A DNA stretch of 64,000 nt from contig NW_024704742.1 of NCBI RefSeq assembly GCF_018977255.1, forward strand, positions 19,408,001 through 19,472,000, given 5' to 3'. How positions within the stretch are numbered: position 1 is the stretch's first letter; each line of letters starts with the position of its first letter. Under the pieces are notes generated by a model, which was given only the letters and a program-made list of their open reading frames with translations, did not search any database and was not told the DNA's origin. Positions 11,870 to 25,310 of the stretch are shown piece after piece. The translations under genes and the position numbers were made by a program. This stretch comes from Callorhinchus milii (Eukaryota).

Positions 11870-12310
11870 ATCGACTTCAAGGTTCTCATCCTCACATACA
11901 AATCCCTTCACACCCTGTCACATCGCTATCTCTCTGTTCGCACTCCTCTGCCCGTCCTTTTCGCTCAGTTTACATAGGCCTGCTGAGTGTTCCCCAACCT
12001 CACTGCAGAACCTTTAGGCACAACTCCCCTAATCTCTGGGATTTCCTGCCTCAACCACTTTGGCTCGCTCCCTCCTTAGCTTTAAACCCCACCTGACACC
12101 CTACCTCTTCAACCACATCTATGGTCACTTTCTCCTCCCCCCTCACCCTGTTTTCCTTCCTTGGAGTCCAATACCGCCAGTGTACAGTGCTCTGAGACAT
12201 GCTCCGAGACCTTATCCTATGTGAAGGTCCCTATATAAGCGCTTTGAGACATAGTCCGGCGTGAAGGGCACTATGTAAATGCAAGTTGTTGTTATAAATG
12301 CATGTTGTTG
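11870..12310 (+). mobile_element. L2 LINE 3' fragment (old)
   Basis: ATCGACTTCAAGGTTCTCATCCTCACATACAAATCCCTTCA (IDFKVLILTYKSL); SPNLWDFLPQ; (GTT)n tail. Confidence 0.7.
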
Positions 12311-13499
12311 TTGTTTGTGGAAACTTATTGGGTGCAAATTGGATGCGAAATACACCTACAAATACAGTCATTACATTTTACAACAATTCACTGTGAAGTT
12401 GTAGGCACCATTTCAAATGCAAGGATTATTATTATTATTATTAACTATCAGTGGATGAGTCTCTGGAACTCTTTTCCAAAACCACTTTGCCTTGTTACTT
12501 CCCTCCTTGCCTTCAAAATCTCCTAAAAATTCATAACTCTGACCTTGTCGTCTGCCCAAATCATTACATTTCTTATCCTTCTGCTCAGTGTCCACCTCAA
12601 TATTTATCAAACACTTTGGGACAACGATTTATATGAATGATGCTACACAAATACAAGCTGCTGTAAAGTTCTTGCCCCATTCGTTAATGACATAGTGCAG
12701 TCTTGGATAATCTTGTTTTGAACAGCTTTACTCCTCATGAGCCTTACATAACGTTCCTGTACATAACTGCATGATCCCCTGATGGCAATTCAATTTTGAA
12801 CACATAATGAAAAGATCACTCGTGTTATTGATCAGCATGTGATGGACTCCACAGGCAGAATCTTTTTGAAGGCTGTAGGAATCTATTTGGATTTTCTTTC
12901 TGGAGTCTGAGTCATGTTCTCAATAACCTTGTAATCATCATACATATCTGCTCTGAATTCAGCAACAAGCAACAACTTGCAGTTATATAGCACCTTCATG
13001 CATGGCAGTGTCTCGAGCAAATTATTAATTACTGTAGAGTCAAATTGGTAGTGCCACTCAGAAAGGCATTAATTATGGAAATTGAAATGTAACATTGATG
13101 CACAAAAGGAAGTGCTTCCGTTTGAGGTTTAAACGAGTTGTTGGAGAAACGTAGAGGGAGCTTTACATTTTGTACCTAACCTCGGTGTCCTTGACCATGC
13201 CCTCCCTGAGTCTACATCGTGGGAAAATAGTCCCTTCTGCTTGAATTACAAAAATAATAATAATAATAATCCTTGCATTGAGACGTCCAAAAGTGGTTCA
13301 CACGATACATTGTACAATGGTGTGACTGTGTATTTTGTGGGTGAATGCGGCAGCCAGTTTGTGCACGATGATGGCCCACTAAGAGCCATGAAGTGAGTGA
13401 CAAATTTTATTTGGATTGTTGCCAACAAATTGGCTTCTCGCTTCTCTTTTCAATGTCCACCTGATATAATAATATAATATAACAATATAATGGTCATTG

Positions 13500-13830
13500 C
13501 ATCTAATGTAACTCCTTTCATGTCAGGAAGACATCTCAAAATGCTTTACAGGAATTACTGTAAAGTGTTTGTGTGTTACTGTAAATACAATGCCTGAGTA
13601 CTTTGTAGGTGAACACAACAGCAAAAACCAATGTCCCACAAACAAGAAAATGACCAGCTCCATCTCTGTGATTGTTGAACAGACACCGAGAGAAACTCCC
13701 TTCTCTTTCTGAATAGTGTCACGAGATCTCGAACACCACTTTAACACCACCTGAATAGACAGGACCTTGGTTTAATGTTTCATGCGAAAGACAGTGCCCC
13801 CTCAGAATTGCAAGGTGTGTCAGACATGTG
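13500..13830 (-). mobile_element. Deu-domain SINE, degraded
   Basis: Reverse Deu motifs GAATAGTGTCACGAGATC and CCTTGGTTTAATGTTTCAT. Confidence 0.6.
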
Positions 13831-16800
13831 TTCCAACTAGTGTCACCTAAAGGGTATTAGAATCTATATTACAGTACTAGAAACAAAATAGTAAGATATC
13901 CTAATAGTTATAGTTTGTGGGCCGTGTTGTAAATTATGTTTAGGACCACAGTGAGATACAACAACCAGAGATGCATGGATAAAATGAGTTCCCCGTGTAT
14001 TTCTTCACTTCTAAACTTCCTTCCTTTTGCAAAGAAGTCATGTATTTAATAATGTAAAATAATTTCATACGGCATTAAGCAATGTAAGCTGAGCTATTTA
14101 ATGCGAATATGCTAATTACCCTTTTAAGAACATCTCTTTCACTAATTAATCTTAATAAGCATCTTCAGGAAATTAAACGGCAAAACCAACAACCTAGTGA
14201 TTTGAGTTACGGGAAGAAATGTCTTGAGAAATTACTTTGATGTTATGCTGAGCGAAGGCAGTTTCATGCTGCATTTAATGATTGCAAAACGGACATCGGA
14301 TTTGGAAACTAATTTGCTGAAGCTGATGGCTGTCTGGAAAACTAACCGACCAGTGTAATTTAATGATATTTAGCTCAATTCTAATCACTGCAGAAATACC
14401 TTTGAATCTTGGAGTTCGTGTGTGTAGACTAAACTTCAACGCCCTGGCCATTAAAAACCTCTCCATCATTTTTCTTTCCTTCTTTGCCTCAGAGAATATT
14501 GATGCAGTAGGGAAGAGTTCCTGAGCAGAATGAAAAGACTGGAGATCAGAAGAAATATTGTCAGTCCAGAGCAGTTGATATGTGCAACAGAATATTAAGA
14601 TTTACAATCAACTGCTTTTAGAATTAATTGTGAATGGGATTAAGGTTATAATGATAATATTGATAATCTTTCTATTTGATATAGGGCCTATAACGTTCAA
14701 GTGCCTCAAAGCACTTTACAGGTCAATTGTAGTGAACCTATATGTGGGACATTGATATCTATATCAACTGCCAAGTTGGCTGACACATTCGCCCACAAAA
14801 CATTGCACTATGCTTTACAGTTAAATTCCTGTGGAGCGCTTTGTGACGTCCTTCAGACGTGAAAGGCACTATAAAAAATAGAAACATTGCTTATTATTTA
14901 TTAATTATATTTGTTGCTGTCCATTTGTGTACAGCAGAGTCCCACAAACAACCTTGAAGTGAATGGCCAACTTCTCTGGAGAATTGTTGGAAGGAAATTG
15001 AGTGAATCTACCTTCACCTTTCACAGGTACAGGCTAAGGTGATCAAGTATGCCATGGCACCTGAAGGTTCCTCTGTTCCTGGGTAGAGGGTTGTATGTGG
15101 AGGGTGGAAGACCAGTGTTGAATAGAGGAGATGTGCACTGAAATGAGGTAATTTGATCAGGATGAAACCTGGCATTGCAATTTTAGCCTTGAGATATTTT
15201 ACATTGAAATTTTTGCTTTTTAAACTGTAAATAAATATTTGTTGTCAACATTATGATATTATCAGAAGCCTGCCTGACCAAAAACATGTTTTAGAGAGTA
15301 GGATTTGAGTAAATTCAGATTTGGTTTCAAGAATTTAAAGGAAGCCACAAATTTACAGCAATACTGAATAATGATTTTCAATGTTAATCCGTTAGAGTAT
15401 TGGGAATAATAGTTCGCACCAGTAAATCATTTGTCTCAATGCAAAATTTAGGTCATGTTATTGTAAGACAATATATACAGTATATTCCTTAACAGAAATG
15501 TTTAGGTATATCCTTAAAAACACATTTCCAACTTTGCTGATTTTTGTGTTTCATATATTTGTAAAAAAAAGACTTTCATTACAATGCCTCAAAATAGAGG
15601 AAATTTGGAATTATTCCTGATGGTGCTAATCTTGTAAAATTATAACATTTTACTTGTTGGTAAATTTACTGACCTTGGTGGCAAGCGCTTATAATGGGAT
15701 TTTTCTCTATTATATGTGCATGGTGCTGAGGTCAGCAGTATTTACTGACAAGCAGAGAATAAGCACCATTGTCTTTGTGGCAGTTGATGCTTTCAAAAAG
15801 CACAAATTCAACTTTCGTGGTTATCATCACCTCCAGAAAATAATGAAAAGAACATAAAGAGAGGCAATGCTGTTCTTCAGGTTAATGGAATGGAACTTCT
15901 TATTTTCTCCCCACGAATTGCTGTCAAACTATTCACTGAACTCTGCAGACAGAATGGTGAGATTGTTATGATTGAGTCTGAAATCATCAAACAACTGACT
16001 GGCTGTAATTATTATACTGATACGATACCGGGATGGAGTGTCGCTCTCAATTGCTGTTCAGTAGATGTTAAGTTGAAGCAAATTATACCCGACAGTTTTT
16101 GTAAAAGCAATTGAGAAGTGTGGATAGTCATTTCACATCTTCCTGTACACTTTAGGTGTTCAATAAAGAGGCAAACTTCTGTTTCACTGCAGCTGATCTT
16201 TGTAGACAATTTGCGGCATTGGTTGTTAGTACTGTACTATATACACTATATGTTGGACACCATTACTTTTCTTAACTTAAGAAATGGTTAGAGTAAGAAA
16301 ACAAAAGTTGCCTCTTGATATTAGTCAGGTTCAGTAATTCTACCAGCTAATTCCATTTAAGATGTTATCTACATTATCGATTAAGACATAAAACTGTTAA
16401 AACAAAAATGAATAGAAATCAAAGGGACTCTGTGTGTAATTCTCACGGGCATGTTGCTTCTAAAAGGAGAACTGATGGTAAAACTGCTTAATACAATTTC
16501 ACTGATTGTTTTTTTAAAACCAAATTCCCAACACCCACTGTCTTAAACTTCTTTAGCAACCACAACCTATCTAACCAAATACTCAATGCATCCCCAATCC
16601 CTTTAACCAACAGTGTGAGATCTTGAGTTTAAGTATTTGCATGGCCAGGTCACCTGTAACTCAAAATATTCTCTGTGTTTTGCAAATATCAAAATATATT
16701 ATAAACATTACTAGAGTACTGTATTTTCATTGTAAACAAAATAAAACTGGGCCATGTCTCATGTCTTCTCAATCTTTACTCTATGAATTTCTCCATATAA

Positions 16801-19089
16801 CTAAAAGCCTGAAATGCTTAAACCAGTCTTGTCGCTCTTCTCATCACCTTCTTAAAGGCACCAAAGATAGCCAAAACAACACATAATAACCCGATTTAAC
16901 CTCATTTATACTTGGCTACAATAAGTTGTTTCAACTTTCATTCAATAGAGTAACTTATTTCAGCTCATAGTCAAATATTTTTGACATCCATCTACAGACT
17001 TGCTTAGCACTGTTGATAACAGCAGAAGTCTTTCTGTGAATAATTGTTGCTTTTCCATGTTTATTAATGGCCATCCCTTCATCGTGTTGATGTATTTCAC
17101 ATTGCTTGTTTCAAAACACATAGCATAATTAAAACCAACTATTTACTAATTGATTCATTCTGTTGTATTATTGTATGACATGCCTCGCTCTGCAATGCCA
17201 AAGAAGCATGAGGGAAAGTAGCCTGGTGTACTGGAACTAGTGGATGGAACTGAGAAGAGTAAAACTGCAAATTCCACAGAACAGTAAGAAAAGCCACCAT
17301 CAGAGGCAGTAGCATAAATTTGAGTTGCCACTCCCCCCTTGAGTTAAATGACAAGGATGTGGTGTGTAAGATTGACAATCTTAGTAAGGTCAGACAAACC
17401 ATGAATATGACCCATAGAAGTTCAATGATTCTGTCAAAGACGGCAAGTAGAATATGTTCAAGATATATTTACCATTTTGAAAAGTATCAGAATCGAATCT
17501 TTAAATGGGTTAAAATCATATAAGCAGAGAGAACTTTCATGCATATATAATTTCATACAAATAATAATACAGCACAAATTAAAATTGAAGTCAGAAGGAT
17601 TTAGCCTAGGCATAAATCAGAAGAGATCTAATTCATTAGAAAAAATTAAGCACCATGATGTCTCTTCCTAATAGATTATTTTAATCCTGAGTAGTGACAT
17701 AATCATAATCAGAACTAAAACCAAATGATTAAATCTGAATTTCCCATTATATTGCTTACTTTTAATTCAATGTTTATTTTCCCCTCTTATGATTTCTCTG
17801 TTTGCTGTCTTCATGCCAGATTATTGAAGTCAATGGAATTTGGTTGCTAATAATTATGGGCAAGAACAAAGTTGATCACTCCTTATCTGGTGTAAAGATT
17901 ACCCTCTGGAAAAGTATTTGTATCAGGAGTTGGCATTTGACATCAGGGAGGAAGGTACAGTAATTTTAGATAGTGTCATGAAATTAATCCCAAATCCAGG
18001 TTGACCTGAATTGGCACCTTTTGATTTAGCACATTGTGAGAACACCTCAAATATTTTGCAGGGTATACTGTAAAGTGTAGCTACTGTTTACTTTGTCGGT
18101 GAACATCCCAAATTATAGAACAGTCCTAAATGCACAGGTGCTGACAATGTCCCTCATGTAATAGCAGACAATGAATGAGTGACAATCATTGAAGCACAGT
18201 CTTTTCAACCTGTCAGTATTATCTTGCAGCTTCCAAAATAAACTTGGTTCCCTAAAGATATGTTCTGGTAGATTACATCCACTCATGAGGGTTAATTGAT
18301 TAACTCAATGCCTTTGTTTGCTGATTTGAAGCAAACACAAAATATATATTGTAGGGGGCACAATGCATTTACAGCAAATGTACTCCAGTCTGTATTCAAT
18401 CAAGAATCAGCGTGAGTCCACAATTGTAATATTCTCATGTTTCAAATTGCTAGTGACTCTACTCCCACTTGCGATGGAGGTAATTTGAAGCTTAGATGGC
18501 CAGTATTATAATTTAAACTAATTCCTTGCTTTATCCTGCTGAAAATCAGTTTAGAATCTTATTTGTACAAGATCAAAGTTATGTAATATGTGAAGGATTT
18601 AGATTTGTTTCCCGGGGGGAGGGAGCGGGGGTGGTGGTAGGGTGGGGGAAAGAACTCATCCGAATCATCAAAGCAATGCACAATTACTAAACCAATTCAT
18701 TTTTCATTAACTTTCAGCACAAGTAATGAAATAAGGGATTTAGAAACCACAGCCCTAACAGCACTCGGTATAATGGATGGATTGACACAACACCATAGTG
18801 AAGCAAAGATACTCAGAATGCCTTTTCCAATTTCTCTCCTCCTGTCTGCTCTTGATATTCATACCCTTCCTCTTTATACCTATATGCTTTCTCTTTATAC
18901 CTATTCACTTCCTCTTTATATCCATGTGCTTCGTGTCTCCCCTCCAGAAAAATTCTGCTATTAGTGGCCGGTCTGATGTTTGGAATTGTTTCTCAATCTC
19001 AAGTATCTTTTTACCACCAAACCTCATCTTTTTATGATTTTCGGCCTTATCAGCCTTTCTCACCAGATTTCACAGTCTTTCCTCTCTCT

Positions 19090-19330
19090 GGGATTATCTC
19101 TTGGATCCCATTATGCACTCCACTTCAACGGCTTTCCCTGGTAACTCATTCTACAAGTCAATTTCACTTCATAAATAAAGTTCTGCTTGTCTTCCTTTTT
19201 TTACTCCTTATTCCTTTTTATTTAATTTGCTTCCCCCTGGGATTCGGCCCTTCTCGGTGTGACTTAATATCTCCATCAGAAAATAATTTTCCTCGAGGAA
19301 TAGCATTTGGTTTTGTGATATCTGTAACAG
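19090..19330 (-). mobile_element. Highly decayed CR1 3' fragment
   Basis: Minus strand NELPGKAVEVECIMGSKR resembles the CR1 ORF2 end. Confidence 0.5.
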
Positions 19331-20350
19331 GTATTAGAAATCGACAGTACCAGACTCTGAGTGATCCGAATAATGATGTTTGAGACGTTCCTGGTGCTCT
19401 GTGTGGGTTTGTTAAAAACAATGCAGTATTTCCTACTCTATGTCCAATATCTTTCAGATGATAAGCATTGACTCTGATAAAAAAGTCAAACAAGATCATA
19501 GATCACTGAGTCAGTTCTCATATCACATTTTTACAGATGTTCGCACATGATTTTCTGATGAAGGTGTAACAGCTCCACTTCCCCGTTGTCAGTTTTACTA
19601 ATCTTAACCCCGTTTTGGAATTTAACGAGTTTATAGGTTGTGGATCTCAGATCACTTGCTAAAAATCTGCAGTTTAAATTGCCTCCAGGAAAAACAAATT
19701 CTGATTCTGTCAGATAAGTACTCATGAAAAATATAAAGATCTTTAATCATTTTCTGATTTAATCAGACTACAGCAAAACCGATTGCATTCACAGCTACAG
19801 AAAACAAACTAGTCTGGTAGCCTTCTTCAAAGGGATTAAAGAGATTTGTAATTCACAGCATATATGTGAGATTATCCTGCTCCTTTTGATAAATTGATTG
19901 ATGTGTGCTTGACAAATTGCTTCATTACAGTGCGTTTCGAATTAACTAATGATAAGTTTTAAATGAATTCTAAGTATAAAATTAATTCACGAATATAAAA
20001 TTCATTAGTTACTTTAAAGTACACAATGACAAGTTTGAAATAAACAGCATAAATCTAAATGTAAATATTCCTTTTTTGAGCCAAAGAAATATTTTCTCCA
20101 TATCCTGACAAACATGGTATGTCATAGTATGTCATCACTGAACAGAAAACAGAAATGTCTCATTATGAATCTCAGGTGTGAGATTTCTTGAGGATTACTA
20201 TTCTACCAGCAGCTTTTTCAGACTTTGGATGTGATTTCTAAACTATGGATATTTCTAACAGAAGGGAACTTGCTGCTCTTTAGAATGAGGTAGGTCAGTC
20301 TATCTCAGCAGGATTATTGACCCTGTCTTTTCATTATTAAGGATATTACA

Positions 20351-20740
20351 TCATTTGTGCACACTGTCAAACTCTGCCTCTATCTGTCTGCACTGATTTG
20401 TTTGCTCCTTATCTTTCAAATGGGGAGTTAACCATTCTGCTGTAGATAGTGTCACGAGAAAGAGACTTTTGATGACATCCACCAGGTCACGAAGGAAAAT
20501 GAGAAGTAAATTTCCCAAAGGGTTTCCTGCATTTATGTTGTGATGGGAAGACAAATGTCCATTAATCATTGTTGAGCATTTTCTGAGCAGCTTCCCAGAC
20601 TCTCCACAAGATTTATGGACCAGTGTTTGCAAGCAGCTTGTAGCAAAGTCAGTCCAACTGTTTCTATGACGTGTGTATAAGGGACTAAATGACGAGTCAA
20701 GTTTTCTACTTCAATAGTATCTTCAGCATAATTTCAATTT
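20351..20740 (-). pseudogene. Possible hAT transposase C-terminal remnant
   Basis: LGNLLLIFL...TLSTAEWLTPHLKD...IEAEFD resembles the hAT dimerisation-domain pattern (by eye). Confidence 0.3.
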
Positions 20741-20805
20741 CAAAGTCTATTTTTGCACCTCACAGTCTAGTTCTTACAATTTTATTGGTTAATATTGTTA
20801 ATCAT

Positions 20806-20970
20806 GTCAGCCTGGCTCAGTGGTAGCACTCTTGCCTCTGAGTCAGAAGATTATGGGTTTAAGCCCCACATTGGGACTTGAACTCACATCGTCTAAGATG
20901 ACACTCCAATGCAATGCCAGGGGGTGTCGCATTGACCGAGGCGCCATCCTTCGGATGAGATGTTAAACTG
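20806..20970 (+). mobile_element. Deu-domain SINE 5' part
   Basis: GGCTCAGTGGTAGCACTCTTGCCTCTGAGTCAGAAG head; GGCGCCATCCTTCGGATGAGATGTTAAAC. Confidence 0.85.
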
Positions 20971-22484
20971 TTACACAAGAAATGTTTCATTTCTGGTCCA
21001 AAAGAGGAAGAGTATGAAACAAAGAACAGTGCAATAGATTTAAGTGGATCAGGTATTCAACAGCTTCTCACTTACTGTGATTTTCATCAGTTTGGAAAAC
21101 AGTCAGGAGTAGTAAAGTAGGCCACAGCTTGCTTGTTCTGTACTGCTAAAAATATCATGTTACCAATAATCAAACCAGAAGTGTTGTCAGGAGTAGAACT
21201 CCTGAAATGCAGCATTTCAAAATGTATTTTTAAGGAGTGGCGGGATCTATAGGAAACCCGTGAAGCTGCTTTGTTTAATGGCATGTTAATGTTATTCAGG
21301 GAGCTTACGTTGTACGTTTACTGTAATATAAAAAGTAATTTACAGAGGGAGGGGAAATAAAGCTGAGGAGTATGGATTCTGTCCTCACAATATTAATTAT
21401 CTGCCAATCATGATGGTATTTCATCTGTCAACCTGCTCGGCTGGTCGCAATCTGACCTGTGAGTCGGTGGGTTGTTTTGCTTTGCTTGGAGAGCTGAGAT
21501 GTTAAACCAATGTTTCCTTTATCTGTTCAGGTGGCTTTAAACATCTACCGGAACAGGTAGACGTGGCCTCAATTTAACATTTCATTCAATTGATATCATC
21601 TGTGTCAGTACAGCATTCCCTCAGCACCACATTGGAATCGCAGCCTGAACTATGACCTGAACTTGAAACCTTTGCACTTCAAATCCTTAGGTGGCTTGAG
21701 GTGTTTTGGATGTCTGCAGAACCTTCTGGGGTCTATTTGATCTCTTCAAATTTTTGTAAGACCAACAACATGATAATTTACATTTATGTAGCACCTTTCA
21801 CATCAGGAGGATGTCTGGAAGCTGACTGGCAGTTGAATAAATTAAGAGTTTTAATGCTGCAAAGCATATTTCAATAAAGTATTTGCCGATTCTAATTTTG
21901 TGTCTATTTAATACACTTTAGTGAATAGTTCCCTCAGTAAAACAAACCATTGTTAAGAGAATTAATCTGATTTGACATGCACCTTTAAATGACAAGTCTA
22001 TTGATGTATTTTAACTTGAGGATCAGTCACAGTTAGGTAAAGAAGCAAAAAAACAGGAAAATGGTAAAAAATCATATCAAAGGAATAACATCTTAAGATT
22101 TTCTTACCCAATTTCTCCTCTCGTTTTGCTTTAAAAGGGCAGAATTTGCTCTGAATCCAGTAAGCTCAAAACATCATTCCCCTGGGAAGCATACACATCT
22201 GACGCTTGGCATAAGTGAGTGACCTTCTCCAGAAAAGTACAGATCCCAGTTAGTTTTTATAAACAGTACAAAGCTTTGAAAGAAAATTTCACAAGAGTTA
22301 TGTTGTTTACACCTCCAGGCATGACATCAAGTGGTACAGCGAGAATGCTAGGTTCATGATCATAATGTTTTTTTGTCCAGGAACAGAAATGGGTGAATGG
22401 TGGGGAGGGACGGGGGAAATCAGCTTGACTCAGCAGGCCAGCCATCAGAATATCTGGAGTTTCTAATCCATTTACACTTTCAAT

Positions 22485-23760
22485 GGAAATCAAGTTGCAA
22501 GAAGTTTGCACTCATCCAGGCCCTGATGTCTGCCAGACAAGCCGACAGAACATCGGCGGAACTGGAGTCACAGCTGGAGGAGGATAAGTAGATTTGTGTG
22601 TCATCTGTATATACGTGGAAGTTTACCCCATGTCTGTGGATGACATCGCCAAGAGGGAGCACATAGATAAGGAAGAGGAGGGGGCCAAGGATGGAGCCCT
22701 GGGGTACACCACAGGTAACCAGGTGGGGGCAGAAGGAGAAGCCATTTGAAGAGACAAATTGAAAGCAGTTGTTAGATAGGATTTGAACCAGGCTAGTGCA
22801 GTCTCACTGAGGTGGATGAGGGAGGAGAGGCGGTGGAGGAGGATTGCATGGTCGACTATGTTGAACATGGCTGAGAGGTCCAGGAGGACGAGAAGGCAGA
22901 AGGAGTCCTCGTCACAGAGACATCATTTGTAATCTTGATAAGTGCTGACTCTGTGCTATGCGCAGGGTGGAAACCAGACTGGAATGGCTCGAGAAGGGAG
23001 TGGAGGGAGAGGTAAGAACAAAACTGGTTAGTGAATACCCCGTTCCCGAGCTTTGGCAAGGAAGGGCAGGTAATTTGGAAGATTTGAGGGGTCAAGGATG
23101 TTTTTTTATGAGGAGGGTGTGATGACAGCGGTTTTAAGGGGAAGGAACAGAACCTGAGGAGAGCGACTGGTTGATTGTGTCAGCCAGCAGCGGGGACCAG
23201 CAACTGAGTGGGAAAGGATCGAGGCAGTAGGTGATGAACTTCATCTGGGAGATCGTGGTTGACAGGGAGGGGGAAGTAATTGGGGCAAAGGGGGGAGTGG
23301 TCGGGGCCATGACAGAAGGAGTGGATGGTATACATGGTCGGGGGGAGACGGGACAAAGGGCAGGAGGATGCAGCCAAGCAGATATTTTCAATATTTGATA
23401 TGCAGAAGTGTATAATATAAGTATATAATAATATATAATAATCCTTTTTGATATAGTGCTTTATGATGTCTTCTAAACTTTTCAAAGTGCTTCACGGAAT
23501 ATACTGTAAAGTGAACTGACTATGTCCAGAACCTCTTTGCACTTGGCATTGATGTGAGGATGGAGGCAGCTTGTGGGTTGCGCGGAGGAGGTGATGAATG
23601 GCGGGGAACAGTGCCTTGGGTTGTTTTTGGCCTCCAAAATAGTTTGGGAGTAAAAGGCAGTTTTGGCCTGTGAGGGGGAGAAACGATAGGTGCGGAAATG
23701 CTCGAGCCATAGATGGCAGTAGATTTTGAGGCCAGATTTGTGCCATCTTCATGTAATCTG
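22485..23760 (-). mobile_element. L2 LINE RT fragment, degraded and interrupted by a SINE tail (~23430-23525)
   Basis: LEPFQSGFHPAHSTESALIKITND; HGVNFHVYTDDTQIY. Confidence 0.9.
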
Positions 23761-24463
23761 TAGAACACCAGATGAACCCAATGGATGCCCTAGTCTTTGA
23801 ATGTAAAAATTATTGCAGAATGTCATACTTGACAAATCTGATTCACTGCCATGTCTCAGAAGCAACAGAATGATCATTAAGGCCCATGCATGTAATCTCT
23901 GCTGGCTTCAGATAAGGCTAGATAGAGTGTTAATTTCATTCATGTCCTCTGCACCAATAATTAGGCCGGATTGTTAGCTTTTGGGTTGTTTGCTTTTGTC
24001 TCCCACTTTCTTTGATGGTCCACTGAAGATGCATTACAGCCCCAAGACGCTTAGATGAAAGCAGTGCTAAACTAAATTAGGGAATTTGTGTGGATTTAAT
24101 TTACTTGGAGTTTTAGGAGGCATTTAATCAATTTTCAGATGTGAGCCTTTTAATGGAGATTAAAGCACATACAATTAATGGCAAACAAGCTAAATTGGAT
24201 CTTAAACTAGTTTGGCAATTGGGAGCAAATAGTCCCATTGAATGGAAAAAAGCTCTATCGAGAAGACACGGTTGGTGGAGATCAACTAGGGTCTTCATTA
24301 GGCTCATCTGCTATTCTAAATTAACCAGGACGATGAGTCATTTTATGATATAAAATCTACTGATGCACACTCAAACAAAAAGCTTTAAGATGTATATGAT
24401 CTAGAAACTGATCTGAACTAGCAGAGGTGGAATCTTACAGAACGCTTTGTGCCACTTTCTCCA

Positions 24464-24810
24464 GTGGAGTCCTGTAGCATAGTAGTTAGCTCACCTAGCA
24501 AGCAAATGGACCCAGGTTTGATTCCCGGGCGGGGCGAAATCTTAGGCAAGTTCTGTTACTCCACATGCCTCTGTGTACCTAGCAGTAAGTAGGAACCCAG
24601 TTATCAGTCAATTGGCAGTAATAATCCCACAAAAAAATTTGGTCTCTCATTCCACGATTGTTTGTGGGACATTGATGTCCGCAATTGGCTGCCGCATTTT
24701 ACCCACAAAATACAAAATCAATCCACTTTACAATATATTCTGTGAAGCACTTTGAGATGCCTGAACAATGTGATAGGGCTCCTATCAATTGGAAGGATTA
24801 TTATTAATAA
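24464..24810 (+). mobile_element. tRNA-Ala SINE, long older variant
   Basis: Head GTGGAGTCCTGTAGC; extra internal TGCCTCTGTGTACCTAGCAGTAAGTAGGAACC block; shared tail. Confidence 0.85.
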
Positions 24811-24969
24811 GGAAAAGATTTGGATGTCCAAATGCCAGGTTTAATATCCCGGGACACAAAGAGTAACTGATATCTATGGCTGTGTGAGTATCTAGTTTTT
24901 CCTGTAGTTTACATGAAGCACATTAGATTTAATTCCATGAGGAACAATGGAGTATGGAGGGTGGAGTGT

Positions 24970-25310
24970 GTGATCAGGGAGACCAAAGGCATGGTTGAAG
25001 AGAGGGGTCTTGAGACCAGCCTTGAAGGAGGCAAGGGAGGAAGCGAGGTGAAGGGACCTTGGGATGGAGTTCCAGAGCATGGGGGCAGAGAGGCTGAAAG
25101 CTCAGCCACCGATGGTAGGGTTTGGGCGGGAAGGGAGTCAGCAGGTCAGAGAGATAGGAGGGAGCAAGGCCACGGATGGCCTTAAAGGTGAGGACGAGAA
25201 ACTTGAACTCGATCTTCTGGGGGATGAGGAGCCAGTGGAGTCGGACGAGGGTGGCAGTGATGGGGTCACGGAGCCTGGTGCATGAGAAGTACATGAGCTG
25301 CAGAGTTTTG
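24970..25310 (-). mobile_element. L2 LINE 3' fragment
   Basis: RLHWLLIPQKIEFKFLVLTFKAIRGLAPSYLSDLL; LWNSIPRSL..FKAGLKT. Confidence 0.9.

Noticed and set aside
18613..18648. G-quadruplex-capable G-run tract (also 41222-41255)
   Set aside because: Isolated simple sequence with no supporting context
18964..19383. 139-aa hydrophobic ORF as a membrane protein
   Set aside because: Antisense to a decayed purine-rich CR1 fragment; the T-rich bias explains it
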